A stretch of DNA of 45,789 nt. It comes from Betaproteobacteria bacterium. Its GTDB lineage: Bacteria; Pseudomonadota; Gammaproteobacteria; Burkholderiales; SG8-41. The notes below the pieces were generated by a model that ran no database searches, was not told the origin of the DNA, and saw only the letters and a program-made list of their open reading frames with translations. Position 1 is the first letter of the stretch. Every line of letters starts with the position of its first letter. Location: positions 1 to 45,789 of the forward strand of contig JACQGO010000112.1 in assembly GCA_016199485.1 (NCBI GenBank). The letters run 5' to 3'. Made by a program: the position numbers and the translations under genes. Shown here piece after piece: positions 13,546-23,566 of the stretch.

Positions 13546-14474
13546 ATCGTCGACATAGCATGGGCTGTAACCGTTACCCACACGGGAGCAGGCGCGGTCA
13601 AAGCAGCCCCCGCCTTTCCGGGACCAGGTGTAAGCGTGAAGCGCGCGCCACGGCACCCATGCGTTCAAAGAACCCCGGAGCGAGCACGCCTAGTAGGCCT
13701 TTCGGCCGAATGCAGGCGTCTCGCTCCCGGAAAGCCCCTGCTCGAGCTCCCCCACGCTCGAGCTCCCCCACGCTCGAGCAGGGTTAGCTATGGGTGGGCG
13801 GCGGGGTAGGAGGTGACATCTGAAGCGCCGCGAGAGGCCCGTGGGGGACGCCGCGGAACCTACGCCTAAAACCCGATCCGGTTGACGCCTAGCGGAGAGT
13901 CGTTGAGCGCAGCTCGGCCCGACGACTCCCGCCGCGCCAATGTTGAAGGCGCACGTGCGGCCAAACCCGCTTGACAACCCCGGCCGCTATTTCATGTCCT
14001 GCCGCTCGAGCAAAACAACGTCCGTCCGGACGATCCGCTATTGAAGCCCAGCTAAGCACGGGCTTCACCCGCTAACTGCGTCGAGCTCGACGGCGGCGAG
14101 GTGCGCGAGCCTGAACAGTCAAACTCGCTTGACACCGGGCCGAGCAAGTCGAGCAGCCAACCGCACCGAGTTCGCTGCGGCCCGCCGCCGTCGACGCCGC
14201 CGGCGCCGCCCAGTCGAGCAAAGCCGGCCTCGGCCCTCGGGCTGAGTACATCCCCCGTACACGCGCGTCACCCCGGTTGACGGCTCTCGGTGAGGCCCCG
14301 GTGAGGCCTCGACGTTCTTTCAAGTGCGCTTGACCGCGCCACAAGGGGGTTGGGCGGTTCCGGGCGAGTACCACCCGACCCCCACCCCCCCGCCGGCGAG
14401 CGCTAGGCCGGGTCCCTCTATCTGACCACTCGCCCCGCAACCACGCTGCGTTCACATCCTGGGGAGGTTCCTCA
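13546..14474. other. About 0.9-kb non-coding, repeat-rich region upstream of the packaging genes (candidate pac/cos and late-control region)
   Basis: No convincing ORF. Five (C/G)TTGAC motifs with similar flanks. Four TCGAGCA motifs. A 14-bp palindrome CGTCGAGCTCGACG. A tandem CGGTGAGGCC. A 16-bp tandem repeat. Confidence 0.5.
13736..13783. repeat. 16-bp tandem repeat (CTCGAGCTCCCCCACG x2 plus a partial copy) enclosed by an 11-bp inverted repeat
   Basis: CCCTGCTCGAG (13736-46) pairs with CTCGAGCAGGG (13773-83). The tandem units lie at 13741-56 and 13757-72. Confidence 0.85.
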
Positions 14475-14618
14475 ATGCCTGTTCGTAAGGTGAAAGGCGG
14501 CTATCGCTGGGGGAGCAGGGGCAAGGTGTATTCGTCTCGTGCGAAGGCTGAGGCGCAGGGGCGTGCGGCGTATGCGGCCGGGTATCGGGGTGACGGCAAG
14601 AGGCGGCGGAAGCGGTGA
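14475..14618 (+). CDS. Small very basic protein (47 aa)
   Basis: GGGGAGG lies 7 nt before the ATG. MPVRKVKGGYRWGSRGKVYSSRAKAEAQGRAAY... GTGA overlap with the next gene. Confidence 0.55.
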   Translation: MPVRKVKGGYRWGSRGKVYSSRAKAEAQGRAAYAAGYRGDGKRRRKR

Positions 14619-14935
14619 GCGAGGAGGCTGAGCGGAAGCTGGCGCCGCGTGAGGCGATCGCGCGGGCGTTGGCGAACGAGATCGACGTGGACTCGGCGGT
14701 GGCGCTGCTGCAGGATTCTTTGCAGGCGGAGAAGGAGTACTGGGCTTCTTGTCCTCGTTGCAACAAGCGGATTCAGGTGAAGGGGCCGGACATCATGGCC
14801 AGGGTGAAGGGGTTGGAGGCGTTGGTGAAGATGGGGTTGGGGAAGGCGCGGGAGGCGCCGGCGCCGCTGCCTGTGGGTGCGACGCTCGGGGAGATGTCAG
14901 ACGAGGAGCTGGCCGCGCTCGTCGCTGCCGGCTGA
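14615..14935 (+). CDS. Possible small terminase subunit, assigned by position only
   Basis: 106-aa ORF directly upstream of TerL. No diagnostic motif. Confidence 0.35.
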   Translation: MSEEAERKLAPREAIARALANEIDVDSAVALLQDSLQAEKEYWASCPRCNKRIQVKGPDIMARVKGLEALVKMGLGKAREAPAPLPVGATLGEMSDEELAALVAAG

Positions 14936-14942
14936 GGGAAGG

Positions 14943-16652
14943 ATGGCTGCTTTTACGGTGGCTGCGGCGCGGGCGGAGCTCGCCCGCCGCGAGCTCGATC
15001 GGCGCCGCGCCGTCCGCGACCCGCTGTTCTTGGCGTCGCACATGGTCGGGGTCGACCAGCGCGACGGGTCCCGTTTCTCGCTCGAGCATCTGCGCGAGCC
15101 CTTGCAGCCGGGCGAGATCACCCTGGACGGTGAGACGGTGCGCCGCGCCGACACGAGCTGGCGCTGGCAGCGCTACCTGGCCGAGCGGGTCCTGGCTGAC
15201 AAGCGTCTGGTGATCCTGAAGGGCCGCCAGATCGGGGTGACCTGGATCTGCCTGGCCGTGGATGCGGCGGAGGCGGTGACGAGGCCGGGCACGACCAGTC
15301 TTCTGTACCGGCAGCGTGAGGACGAGGCGATCGACAACGTGCGCCGCTGGTGGGTGCTGTACCAGTCGCTGCCCCCCTGGTTCAAGACCGGGATCAAGGT
15401 TCTGTCCCCAGACCGGGTGCCGCAGCCGGGCCGCGACGGCGTCCGCCTGCAGTTCCCCGACGGCCGGATCTCGGATGTGGTGCCGATGACCTCGGCGGTC
15501 GCGTCCGGGCACGGCAGAACCGTGAGACGGGTCCTGCTGGACGAGGGCGCGTACATCGACCTGCTGGAGCAGATCCTGGCTGCTGTCGAGCCCGCCGCCG
15601 GCGCGGGCGCCATCAACCTCGTCTCGACCGCCAACGGCCGCTGGAACCCCGACACCGACGGCGGCAACGAGTTCCACCGCGTCTACTCCCTGGACACGGG
15701 CGGCTACCAGCGCCTGTTCTTCCCCTACGACGTCCACCCCGGCCGCGACCAAGCCTGGTACGACACCGCACCCGAGGTGCAGTCCAGGAAGGTGTACCAG
15801 CGGCACGCGAACTTCCCCCGCAACGCCCACGAGGCGTTCGCGCTCACCTCCCGTACGTTCATCGATGCCGACGACCTGGCCCACTACCGCACCCTCGTCC
15901 GGCAGCCTTCCTCGAGGCTGACGTTCGAGAAGACGGGTCCCTCCCAGGCCGCCGTCAGGGAGCGCTCCGACGGGTTCGTGTCCGTGTTCGAGCGACCCGA
16001 CCCGGATCACATGTACGCGATCGGCGCCGACGTCGCCACTGGCAGGGGCGCCGACTACTCCGCCGCCTACGTGATCGACCTGACGTCGATGGCGCTGGTC
16101 GCGGAGGCGCACGGCAAGATCGACGCCGACCTGTACGCCTTCCAGCTGCACTACCTGGGCCGCTGGTACGGCACCCGCTCCGGCTGCCGCCACGACGCCT
16201 GGCTGGCCGTGGAAACCGGCGGCGGCTTCGGCGAAGCCGTCCTCATCCCGCTCAGGGACGGCCGGGAAGGCCGCCCCGCCTACCCCCGCCTGTACCGGCA
16301 CGTCCTCTCCTCCAGACCCGACCTGCCGCTGTCGAAGCCGTTCGGGTTCCCCACCAACTCCAAGACCAGGCCGCTGATCCTGAACCAGCTGGAGAAGGCG
16401 ATCCGCGAGAGGCAGCTGCCCTACCTGTCGGACGGGCTGATGTGGGAGCTGGAGGAGCTCGTCCAGCACGAGCACGGCCCCTCGCCCAGAGCCCAGGAAG
16501 GCTCCCGCGACGACCGTGTGTTCGCGGCCGCGATCGCCCTGGAGATGTACCGCCTGCACGGGTCCCACCCCGACGACCGGCGCAAACGCTCACGCGCGAA
16601 AAGACACCGGAAGACGATGTACCCGTGGCAGGAAGAGCTCGTGCCCCGCTAG
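14943..16652 (+). CDS. terL: Terminase large subunit
   Basis: ILKGRQIGVT is Walker A-like. LLDEGAY is Walker B-like. A C-terminal nuclease-like half contains GADVATGRGADYSA. GAGGGAAGG precedes the ATG. 569 aa. Confidence 0.85.
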   Translation: MAAFTVAAARAELARRELDRRRAVRDPLFLASHMVGVDQRDGSRFSLEHLREPLQPGEITLDGETVRRADTSWRWQRYLAERVLADKRLVILKGRQIGVTWICLAVDAAEAVTRPGTTSLLYRQREDEAIDNVRRWWVLYQSLPPWFKTGIKVLSPDRVPQPGRDGVRLQFPDGRISDVVPMTSAVASGHGRTVRRVLLDEGAYIDLLEQILAAVEPAAGAGAINLVSTANGRWNPDTDGGNEFHRVYSLDTGGYQRLFFPYDVHPGRDQAWYDTAPEVQSRKVYQRHANFPRNAHEAFALTSRTFIDADDLAHYRTLVRQPSSRLTFEKTGPSQAAVRERSDGFVSVFERPDPDHMYAIGADVATGRGADYSAAYVIDLTSMALVAEAHGKIDADLYAFQLHYLGRWYGTRSGCRHDAWLAVETGGGFGEAVLIPLRDGREGRPAYPRLYRHVLSSRPDLPLSKPFGFPTNSKTRPLILNQLEKAIRERQLPYLSDGLMWELEELVQHEHGPSPRAQEGSRDDRVFAAAIALEMYRLHGSHPDDRRKRSRAKRHRKTMYPWQEELVPR

Positions 16653-16707
16653 ACGACGCTGCAAAGCGTCAGTAGGCGAACCGGCCACGATCGAACTAGG
16701 AGAACAA

Positions 16708-17022
16708 ATGCTGCACCAAGGCTTGTACCAGGCCGACACGACCGGCGCCGGATCGAGCGGCGACGCGATGGCCGCCATGCTCGACCAGGGCGACGAGCTC
16801 GAGCAGGGCGCCGAGCTGTCCCCCGTCGAGCATCTGCGCGCTGCTATCGAGCACGCCCAGGCCGCCCTGATCTCCGAGCCCGACGACCAGGACTCCCAGA
16901 TGCTGGCGAAGATCGTCCAGGGCCTGTACCAGATCCTTGCCGGCCGTCAGGCGGCCGACGACCGGGCCGGCGGCGGCAGCCCCGACCAGCTGCGCGCCCT
17001 CCGGCGCGCCTACCCGGCCTAG
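16708..17022 (+). CDS. Small acidic hypothetical protein
   Basis: AGGAG lies 7 nt before the ATG. 104 aa. Located between TerL and portal. Confidence 0.5.
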   Translation: MLHQGLYQADTTGAGSSGDAMAAMLDQGDELEQGAELSPVEHLRAAIEHAQAALISEPDDQDSQMLAKIVQGLYQILAGRQAADDRAGGGSPDQLRALRRAYPA

Positions 17023-18936
17023 ATGGCAGCCAAAACCGTCAAGCCGCCCGACATCCTCTCCCGCGTCGTCTCGGACTTCGACACAGACCACGAGGAGCAT
17101 CGCGACAGGGTCGCCGACATCGACCGCCGCTACCGCTCCTACCGGGCCGTACTGGAACGACGCTCGCAGGCGGCCGACTGGACGAACAAGCAGCACCCCG
17201 CCCACGTCTTCCAGGCGGTCGAGACGATGGCGGCCAACCTCGTCGACCCCAACCCGAGGTGGCGGATCAGGGTGCAGCCGCAGATGGACGACCCCGAACG
17301 CCTGCTCGAGCTGCAGGAAGGCGCCCGCGTCAACGAGCTGCTCTTGCGCCACCAGCTCGTCCTCGACCACTGGCCGGAGAAGCAGCGGCCCTTCGACCTG
17401 CAAGGGCTGATCTGCGGCGTCACCGCCTCCAAGCAGTATTGGTCTTACCGGGAAGGCCCCCGCCGCTTCCGGCGCTTCTACGAGCAGCCGCTGATCGACG
17501 ACTCCGGCTTCCAGTACGGCAGCGTCCCCCGCCAGGAAGAAGCATCCCAGACCGACGTCCTGCGCGACGACCCCTGCTCCGAGGTCGTGGACGTGCGCCA
17601 CCTCGTCTTCCAGCGCGGCGCCGTCTCGCTGCAACGCTCCGAGCGCATCACCCACCGCGTCTTCTACCCCTACGAGCACCTGAAACGGCTGGAATGCCGT
17701 GTCAACGGAGGCAGGCTGCACCAAGGCCCGTGCGAGCCGGGCCGCTACTACCACAACGTGGACGAGCTCCGGGACGCGAAAGGCATCGCCCAAGAGCACT
17801 ACCAGCGCGAGCAGGACCTGTTCGGGACACGCCCCCACCGCGACGACGTCGAAGTGCTCGAGCAGTGGCGGCGCGAAGGCGACACCCTCAGGCAGGTGGC
17901 CGTCGCCGACCGCAGGGTGCTGCTCCAGGACCGCGCCTCCCCCTACTGGCTCGACCACTTGGAGCACCCGTTCCCGTTCGTCGTCTGCGCCGGCGGCACC
18001 CCCGACTTGTTCCGCATCCCCGGCATCAGCGAGGTCGAGGTGATGGCCGACCTGCAGGAGATGCTGTGGACGCTCACCAACCAAAGGCTCGACAACCTGC
18101 AGCTGATCAACAACGCGATCGTCCTGGTAGCCGAGGACGCCGAAGACCCGGACGCGTTCGAGTTCGCCCCCGGCGAGCGCTGGCTCGTGCCCCGGCCGAT
18201 CAAGGAGACCGTCGACCTGTGGGCGCCCGACGTTCGCGCCGCCCAGGTGTCGCTGGAAGCCGAGGCGCTCTTGAAAGGCGACCTGCAGAACACCACCGGC
18301 GGGATGCCGTTCCTGTCCGGCACCGCCTCGCAGACGATCGACCAGCAGACCGCCACCGGCGTCTCCATCGTCACCAGCCTGGCGCAGAAACGGCTGTCCG
18401 CGAAACGGCAGCAGTTCATATGGGCGAAAGCCAGGATCGGCGAGCAGTGGTGCGCCCTCAACCAGCAGTACGTGACCGCCCCCCGTCTTGTCCCCGTGAT
18501 CGGGGAGGACGGCAGGGAAGCGTTCGAGGAGGTCAGGCCCGAGCTGCTGCAAGGCCTGTACCTGTTCGAGACCGAGCTTCAGGACGAGTCGATGGTCCGG
18601 CAGGAACGGCGGGCCGAGGCGACCGCGAAGTTCCAGATCGCCGTCTCCTCCGCCCAGGTGATGGCGGCGACCGGCAGGCCGCTCAACCTGCGCGCGTTCA
18701 TGGACGACCTCCTCGACGCCTACGACGTCGCCGACAAGGACCGCTATTACGCCTCCGCCGCCCCGCCCGCCCTTCCCGGCATGGAAGCCGCCCCGGAGGG
18801 GCAGGCAAACGGGGTCGGGGTCACGAACCCGGCTCTGGCGGCCGGCCCCATGTCCCCCTCCAACGCTTTCAGCGTCTCCCCGGAGCGGGACATGCAACGC
18901 CTGATGGCGCAGAGAGGCGGTGCCGCTAACGCCTAG
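17023..18936 (+). CDS. Portal protein
   Basis: 637 aa, immediately after TerL. The call rests on size and position; no motif was checked. Confidence 0.7.
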   Translation: MAAKTVKPPDILSRVVSDFDTDHEEHRDRVADIDRRYRSYRAVLERRSQAADWTNKQHPAHVFQAVETMAANLVDPNPRWRIRVQPQMDDPERLLELQEGARVNELLLRHQLVLDHWPEKQRPFDLQGLICGVTASKQYWSYREGPRRFRRFYEQPLIDDSGFQYGSVPRQEEASQTDVLRDDPCSEVVDVRHLVFQRGAVSLQRSERITHRVFYPYEHLKRLECRVNGGRLHQGPCEPGRYYHNVDELRDAKGIAQEHYQREQDLFGTRPHRDDVEVLEQWRREGDTLRQVAVADRRVLLQDRASPYWLDHLEHPFPFVVCAGGTPDLFRIPGISEVEVMADLQEMLWTLTNQRLDNLQLINNAIVLVAEDAEDPDAFEFAPGERWLVPRPIKETVDLWAPDVRAAQVSLEAEALLKGDLQNTTGGMPFLSGTASQTIDQQTATGVSIVTSLAQKRLSAKRQQFIWAKARIGEQWCALNQQYVTAPRLVPVIGEDGREAFEEVRPELLQGLYLFETELQDESMVRQERRAEATAKFQIAVSSAQVMAATGRPLNLRAFMDDLLDAYDVADKDRYYASAAPPALPGMEAAPEGQANGVGVTNPALAAGPMSPSNAFSVSPERDMQRLMAQRGGAANA

Positions 18937-19240
18937 ACCGCCCGACCCGGACGAGCTGGTGCGCCTGTCGGAGCGGGCGGTCAAGCTCCAGGCCCTGGCC
19001 GATCATCCCGCCTGGCCGGAGCTGCGCGCCCGCGTCGAGGAACGCCGCGACAAGCACATGCGCTCCCTGCTCAGAAGGCTTACCGCGGGCGGCGCCCTCG
19101 ACCAGCGCGAGATCGACCGTCAGGCGGGCTTCTGGAAAGGCGCCCTGTTCGTGCTCGACAACCCCGAGCTCGCCGAAAAAGACCTGCAAAACGCCATCGC
19201 AATGGTGAAAGCCGAAGCTGGAGAGGAGAGAACAGCGTGA
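18920..19240 (+). CDS. Hypothetical head-module protein
   Basis: 106-aa ORF between portal and scaffold. Confidence 0.45.
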   Translation: MPLTPRPPDPDELVRLSERAVKLQALADHPAWPELRARVEERRDKHMRSLLRRLTAGGALDQREIDRQAGFWKGALFVLDNPELAEKDLQNAIAMVKAEAGEERTA

Positions 19241-20280
19241 GCGACATGCTCGACGAGGCGCTCGCCCAGATGGACGAGACGCTCGGCATCCAGCCGGAGG
19301 CCTCCCCCGAGGAGCCACCCTCCGACACAGACGAGGCCCCCGCCGACCAGGCATCGACGGCCGCGCTCGTCGCGGACTCCAGCGGCCGCCTGCACGGCCC
19401 CGACGGCAAGTTCGTTCCCAAAGACGCCGCCGCTTCGGCAGCGGAGGCGGAAGCCAAGGCTGACAGCGGCGAGCCGGACGCGGTCGAGGCGTACCTGGCC
19501 AAGTACGGCGGCGACCGCGACCAGGCGTTGCGGGCCGCCGTCGAGGCGCAGTCCACGATCGGCCGGCAGGCGTTCGAACTCGGCGAGCTGCGCAAGACGC
19601 TGGACACTCTCAACGAACGCCTCAGCCCCGCCGAGCCGGAAGAGCCGGCTGTTCAGATCAACCAGTCGACCGTCGACTGGTTCGACGAGCAGTCCGACCA
19701 GAACCCGGCCGCGGCCGCCGTCTGGGCGTTGGAGAACGACCCCTCCGGCGTCCTGTACGGACGCGCCCTGGATGCCTGGCACGAGCGGGCGCCCAGGCAG
19801 GCCGCCGCCTTCGAGCGCTCGCTCGAGCTGAGCCAGCTGCGTAGCGAGTTCGAGCAGCGCCTCTCCGACCAGACCAGGCCGCTGCAGGAGCAGGCGTCCA
19901 AGGCGGGGATCGCGGGAGCGTGGGCGGAAGCCCGCAACACGATCCCCGACCTCGACTCCTACGGCAGCCAGATCCTGGAAGCCGCCAAGGAAGCACCGGA
20001 CGCCGCCACAGGACTCCGCTCCGACGACCCCGCCGACAGGGTGAAGGCGATCCGCGCCCTCTACTACATGGCCAAAGGCATGACCGCGGACGCCGTCTCC
20101 ACACGCGCCGCCGAGGCTGCCGCCGAGGACGCGGCCGCCGCCCGGCAGGCCAAGCAGGCCGCCGGCGTCGCCGTCTCGTCTCAGAGCGGCGAAGCCGAGC
20201 AGGTCGACGAGCAGGAGCAGTGGCTCAGAGCCAACTTCGACCCCTACGCCGGCCGCTACATGGCCAAAAGCGAAACCTAG
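19237..20280 (+). CDS. Scaffolding protein
   Basis: Acidic, Ala/Glu-rich, helical-looking 347 aa directly upstream of the capsid gene. GTGA overlap. Confidence 0.6.
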   Translation: MSDMLDEALAQMDETLGIQPEASPEEPPSDTDEAPADQASTAALVADSSGRLHGPDGKFVPKDAAASAAEAEAKADSGEPDAVEAYLAKYGGDRDQALRAAVEAQSTIGRQAFELGELRKTLDTLNERLSPAEPEEPAVQINQSTVDWFDEQSDQNPAAAAVWALENDPSGVLYGRALDAWHERAPRQAAAFERSLELSQLRSEFEQRLSDQTRPLQEQASKAGIAGAWAEARNTIPDLDSYGSQILEAAKEAPDAATGLRSDDPADRVKAIRALYYMAKGMTADAVSTRAAEAAAEDAAAARQAKQAAGVAVSSQSGEAEQVDEQEQWLRANFDPYAGRYMAKSET

Positions 20281-20414
20281 ACAACACCAAGCACCGAACC
20301 GGGCCTCACCCCGGCAGACACCCCCGCCCGCACGGGCCGGGCCTGCCCCCTTTCCCGAGTCACCCCGGAACGGAACGACACACATAACTCCGTTCATGGA
20401 AAGGAAGGCAGGTC

Positions 20415-21596
20415 ATGGCAACCGTCAAGGTTGGCCTCTTCGACACCGAAGACGAGCTCTCGAACCGCAGAGTCGTCGACATGTCCGAGCGCATGCACCG
20501 GCTGCAGCCCGACGAGCAGCAGTTCCGGGTCATGCTCACGCAGATCGGGTCGAAAGAGGCCGTCCGCGAGATCGTGGAGTGGCTCGAGGACGAGTACCTC
20601 CCCCGCACCTCCGCGCAGGCCGCGTCGGCCGCCTCCGGGGACACGGCGATCACCGTCACCAGCGGTGACGGCAACACCGTGTTCCGCAACGGCCACGTCG
20701 TCCGCAACATGGAGAACGGCGAGGGCTACCTCGTCACGTCCACCTCCGCCAACTCGATCGGCGTCACCCGCTCCTGGGGCGGAACCGCCGCCGCGTCGTC
20801 CACCTCGGTCGCGAAGCTGCTGATCGTCGGCAACGCCTCCGCCCAGGGCGCCTCCTCGGGCGCGTCGCACATCGTGCAGAAGGTGCGCGCGTTCAACTAC
20901 GTCCAGGACCAGCGTGACCCGCTGTTCTTCTCGGACTTCGAGACCGCCATCGAGCTGTACGGCGGCCGCGAGCCGGGCGAGGAGCTGACGAAGAAGGCGG
21001 TCGAGCACGGCCGCGCGATCGAGAACTCCCTGTTCTTCGGGGCACGCGACTTCAACGCTTCCGCCTCCCCCGGCCCGATGGGGTCGTCCGGCGGGGCGCT
21101 GGAGTTCATCTCGACGAATATCACCGACGCCTCGGGGGCACTGACGCCTGCCGAGTTCGACACGTTCCTGGAAGGCCCGTACGGGTACGGCTCCAAGAAC
21201 AAGGCGTTCTTCTGCGCCCCCCGCGTCGGCACCGTCCTGTCCCAGATGCTCAGGGACGCCTGGCAGCCCGACACGGTCGGAGAGAGGCGGTTCGGCGCCA
21301 AGGTCGACGCCTTCATCTCCGGCACCTACGGCTGGACGATCCCCGTCTTCGTCAAACGGGAATGGGCCGACTTCGACAAGACGGGCACCAACTACGGCAC
21401 CTACGGGTTCCTGGTCGACATGGACCACGCCAGGCTGCGCACCCTGCGCGGCCTGAACACCCAGCTGCGCAGGAACATTCAGGAGCCGTCCTCGACGGCT
21501 GTCGTGCACGAGTACCGCACCGCGTTCTCGCTCGAGTTCGGGTGGGAGAAGATGCACGGCATCCTCAAGGGCGTGACGAGCTACTCGGCCTCGTAA
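20415..21596 (+). CDS. Major capsid protein (HK97-fold type)
   Basis: 393 aa after the scaffold gene, with a strong RBS. The N-terminal pattern RVVDMSERMHRLQPDEQQF...VEWLEDEY is typical of a capsid family I recognise. A hairpin follows the gene. Confidence 0.8.
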   Translation: MATVKVGLFDTEDELSNRRVVDMSERMHRLQPDEQQFRVMLTQIGSKEAVREIVEWLEDEYLPRTSAQAASAASGDTAITVTSGDGNTVFRNGHVVRNMENGEGYLVTSTSANSIGVTRSWGGTAAASSTSVAKLLIVGNASAQGASSGASHIVQKVRAFNYVQDQRDPLFFSDFETAIELYGGREPGEELTKKAVEHGRAIENSLFFGARDFNASASPGPMGSSGGALEFISTNITDASGALTPAEFDTFLEGPYGYGSKNKAFFCAPRVGTVLSQMLRDAWQPDTVGERRFGAKVDAFISGTYGWTIPVFVKREWADFDKTGTNYGTYGFLVDMDHARLRTLRGLNTQLRRNIQEPSSTAVVHEYRTAFSLEFGWEKMHGILKGVTSYSAS

Positions 21597-21612
21597 CGCT
21601 CCCACACGGGTC

Positions 21613-21639
21613 GGGGGGGAACCAACCCGGTTCCCCCCC
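21613..21639 (+). terminator. 9-bp G/C stem-loop after the capsid gene (no U-tract)
   Basis: GGGGGGGAA-ccaacccgg-TTCCCCCCC. Confidence 0.4.
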
Positions 21640-21668
21640 AAGGCCCCTCTCGGGAAAGGAGCTTTCTG

Positions 21669-22235
21669 TTGCGCTTCATCAGCCAGTTCCGCAACTACCG
21701 GGTCGTGGCCGTCCACGAGCAGGTGGAGATCCTCGCCTCCGGCCAGGCGAGGATGCTGGCGCCCGGCTACGTATGCGAGTTCCGCCAGGGCGACGTCACC
21801 GACTGGGAGCGCGACCAGGCCAGAGAGCTGCTCACGTTCCGCGGCACCACGCTCAACCTGGACGGCTCGCCGACCGACCCGATCGACCGTGTGTCGTCGT
21901 TCGACTCCGCCCAGGTCGCCGACTCGAAGCTGCGCCACAAGGTCGAGCAGGCTCTGCTCGCACACCCCGCCTTCGGCAAGCAGGACGGGTTCATCCTGAT
22001 CGAGAAGCCGAAGCTCGTGGCGCCCTGGCCCGGCTACGACAAGCTGGTCCGCAGCGGCCGCCGCACAGACGACCACGTCGCCGCCAAGGTGGCCGAGCTC
22101 ACAGCCGACGGAGGCTACGACCCGGCGGGTGTCGCCGCCTACGAGCGGGCGAACCTGAACCGGCAGCCGATCCTGGACGCGCTCGCCGCCCTGGAGCGGC
22201 AGCCGGAGCCGGAGCCGGACCTGATCAGCGCCTGA
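21669..22235 (+). CDS. Hypothetical head-associated protein
   Basis: AAAGGAG precedes TTG 21669. 188 aa. Confidence 0.5.
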   Translation: MRFISQFRNYRVVAVHEQVEILASGQARMLAPGYVCEFRQGDVTDWERDQARELLTFRGTTLNLDGSPTDPIDRVSSFDSAQVADSKLRHKVEQALLAHPAFGKQDGFILIEKPKLVAPWPGYDKLVRSGRRTDDHVAAKVAELTADGGYDPAGVAAYERANLNRQPILDALAALERQPEPEPDLISA

Positions 22236-22239
22236 GAGC

Positions 22240-23355
22240 ATGGCCAGGCAGGCCGACGACCGGATCTGGCTGGCCGACCTGAACGCCGTCCTCGACTGGC
22301 CGACGGTGTTCAAGGCCAGCCAGGCCCGCTACGCCCCAAGGCCGCTGGCCACGTTCTGGGTGCAGGCCACCCCCGGCGTCAACTACTACCGGGCCGAGCT
22401 GCCCGCCCGCCACCTGCCCGGCAAGACCGTCTGGTTCGACTCCGTCGACATCCAGCCGGACGGCTACGGCGGCCACCGCTTCCCCCGCCAGGAAGGGCAG
22501 GCGGCCGTGTGGATGTTCCCCGGCAACACCACCCGCGCCCTGGCGATGGCGGAGATGAAAACCCAGCACGACCTGCGCGTCCTGGTCGAGGTCGACGACA
22601 ACTACACCCGCCAGCCTGCGATGCCGCAACTGTCTGCCTGGCTGACCACCCGCGACCGCACAGGCCAAGACCGGCACTCCTACGATGTGCACCGCAGGAT
22701 CGTGCGCTCGATCTGCGACGGCGTGATCGTGTCCACTCCCAGGCTAGCCCAGGTGTACGAGAGCCTGACCGAACAGGTGTACGTGTGCCGAAACTCGGTC
22801 GACCCGGACGACTGGGACCCGGAGCCGCCGCACGCCCCCGACGGGGTGCTCAGGATCGGCTGGGCCGGCTCCGCCTCCCACGGCTACGACGTCGCCGACA
22901 TCCGCCCCGCGCTCGACTGGGTGGCCCGCCAAAAAGACGTGGAGGTCGTCGTTCTCGGCGAGCTCGTCCCCTTTGGCGTGCCCGTACGGCACATACCCTG
23001 GACGGACTCGCTGGCGGACTACCGCCGCAACGTGCGCGAGCTCGACGTGATGTTGTGTCCCCTTCGTCCCTCGGCGTGGGCGGACTGCAAGAGCGACGTG
23101 AAGGCGCTGGAGGCGGCGATGGGCGGCGCCTGCTCTGTCGTCTCCAAGACGGAGCCCTATCGTCCGTGGTGGGACGGGGAGGCGCCCGGGTATGTGGCCG
23201 AGACGTCCAAAGACTTGATTCGAGTCGTTCAGCATCTCGTCAGGCACCGGAACGAGACGGCCGAGACGGCCAGGCTCGCCCGCGAATACGCCGTCAGCAG
23301 CCGCAACATCCGTCGTGAAATCAAAGCCTGGCAGGAGGCCATAGATGGCTGCTAA
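22240..23355 (+). CDS. GT-B-type (GT1/GT4-like) glycosyltransferase
   Basis: The C-terminal half, RIGWAGSASHG...VVVLGE...ELDVMLCPL...KALEAAMGGACSVVS, resembles the GT1/GT4 nucleotide-sugar-binding half. Confidence 0.6.
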   Translation: MARQADDRIWLADLNAVLDWPTVFKASQARYAPRPLATFWVQATPGVNYYRAELPARHLPGKTVWFDSVDIQPDGYGGHRFPRQEGQAAVWMFPGNTTRALAMAEMKTQHDLRVLVEVDDNYTRQPAMPQLSAWLTTRDRTGQDRHSYDVHRRIVRSICDGVIVSTPRLAQVYESLTEQVYVCRNSVDPDDWDPEPPHAPDGVLRIGWAGSASHGYDVADIRPALDWVARQKDVEVVVLGELVPFGVPVRHIPWTDSLADYRRNVRELDVMLCPLRPSAWADCKSDVKALEAAMGGACSVVSKTEPYRPWWDGEAPGYVAETSKDLIRVVQHLVRHRNETAETARLAREYAVSSRNIRREIKAWQEAIDGC

Positions 23356-23566
23356 GCCTCTACACCCGGCTTTTCGTGTCGCCGAGCTCGAGGCGGAGGT
23401 GGAACGCCTGACCAGGCTCGTTCGCGAGGTCGAAGCGTGCCGCATGTTCGACCGCTTCCACGCCTTCGACGCGCTCCAGGACGACTCCTGCCCCTGCTGC
23501 GGCGGCCCGATCCGCCTGGTCGAGAACCAGCACGGCCATCTGGCGTTGGAGGCGACAAGGCTGTGA
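23345..23566 (+). CDS. Small protein with CPCCG motif
   Basis: 73-aa ORF between the transferase genes, overlapping both neighbours. Confidence 0.4.
   Translation: MAAKPLHPAFRVAELEAEVERLTRLVREVEACRMFDRFHAFDALQDDSCPCCGGPIRLVENQHGHLALEATRL

Noticed and set aside
13878-14335. The five (C/G)TTGAC motifs as five sigma-70-type promoters
   Set aside because: None has a credible -10 (TAnnnT or TATAAT-like) at 16-18 nt. They are more likely protein-binding repeats and are reported as part of the non-coding region finding.
14793-22313. Very long minus-strand ORFs (14793..16568, 16696..18984, 19120..20397, 20394..22313) and similar shadows such as 33388..34851, 24718..25911 and 28837..29823
   Set aside because: They lie antisense to strongly supported structural genes. 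Their composition is Gly/Arg/Pro/Ala-rich and low-complexity, as is typical of stop-poor alternative frames in high-GC DNA. They have no RBS and no motifs.
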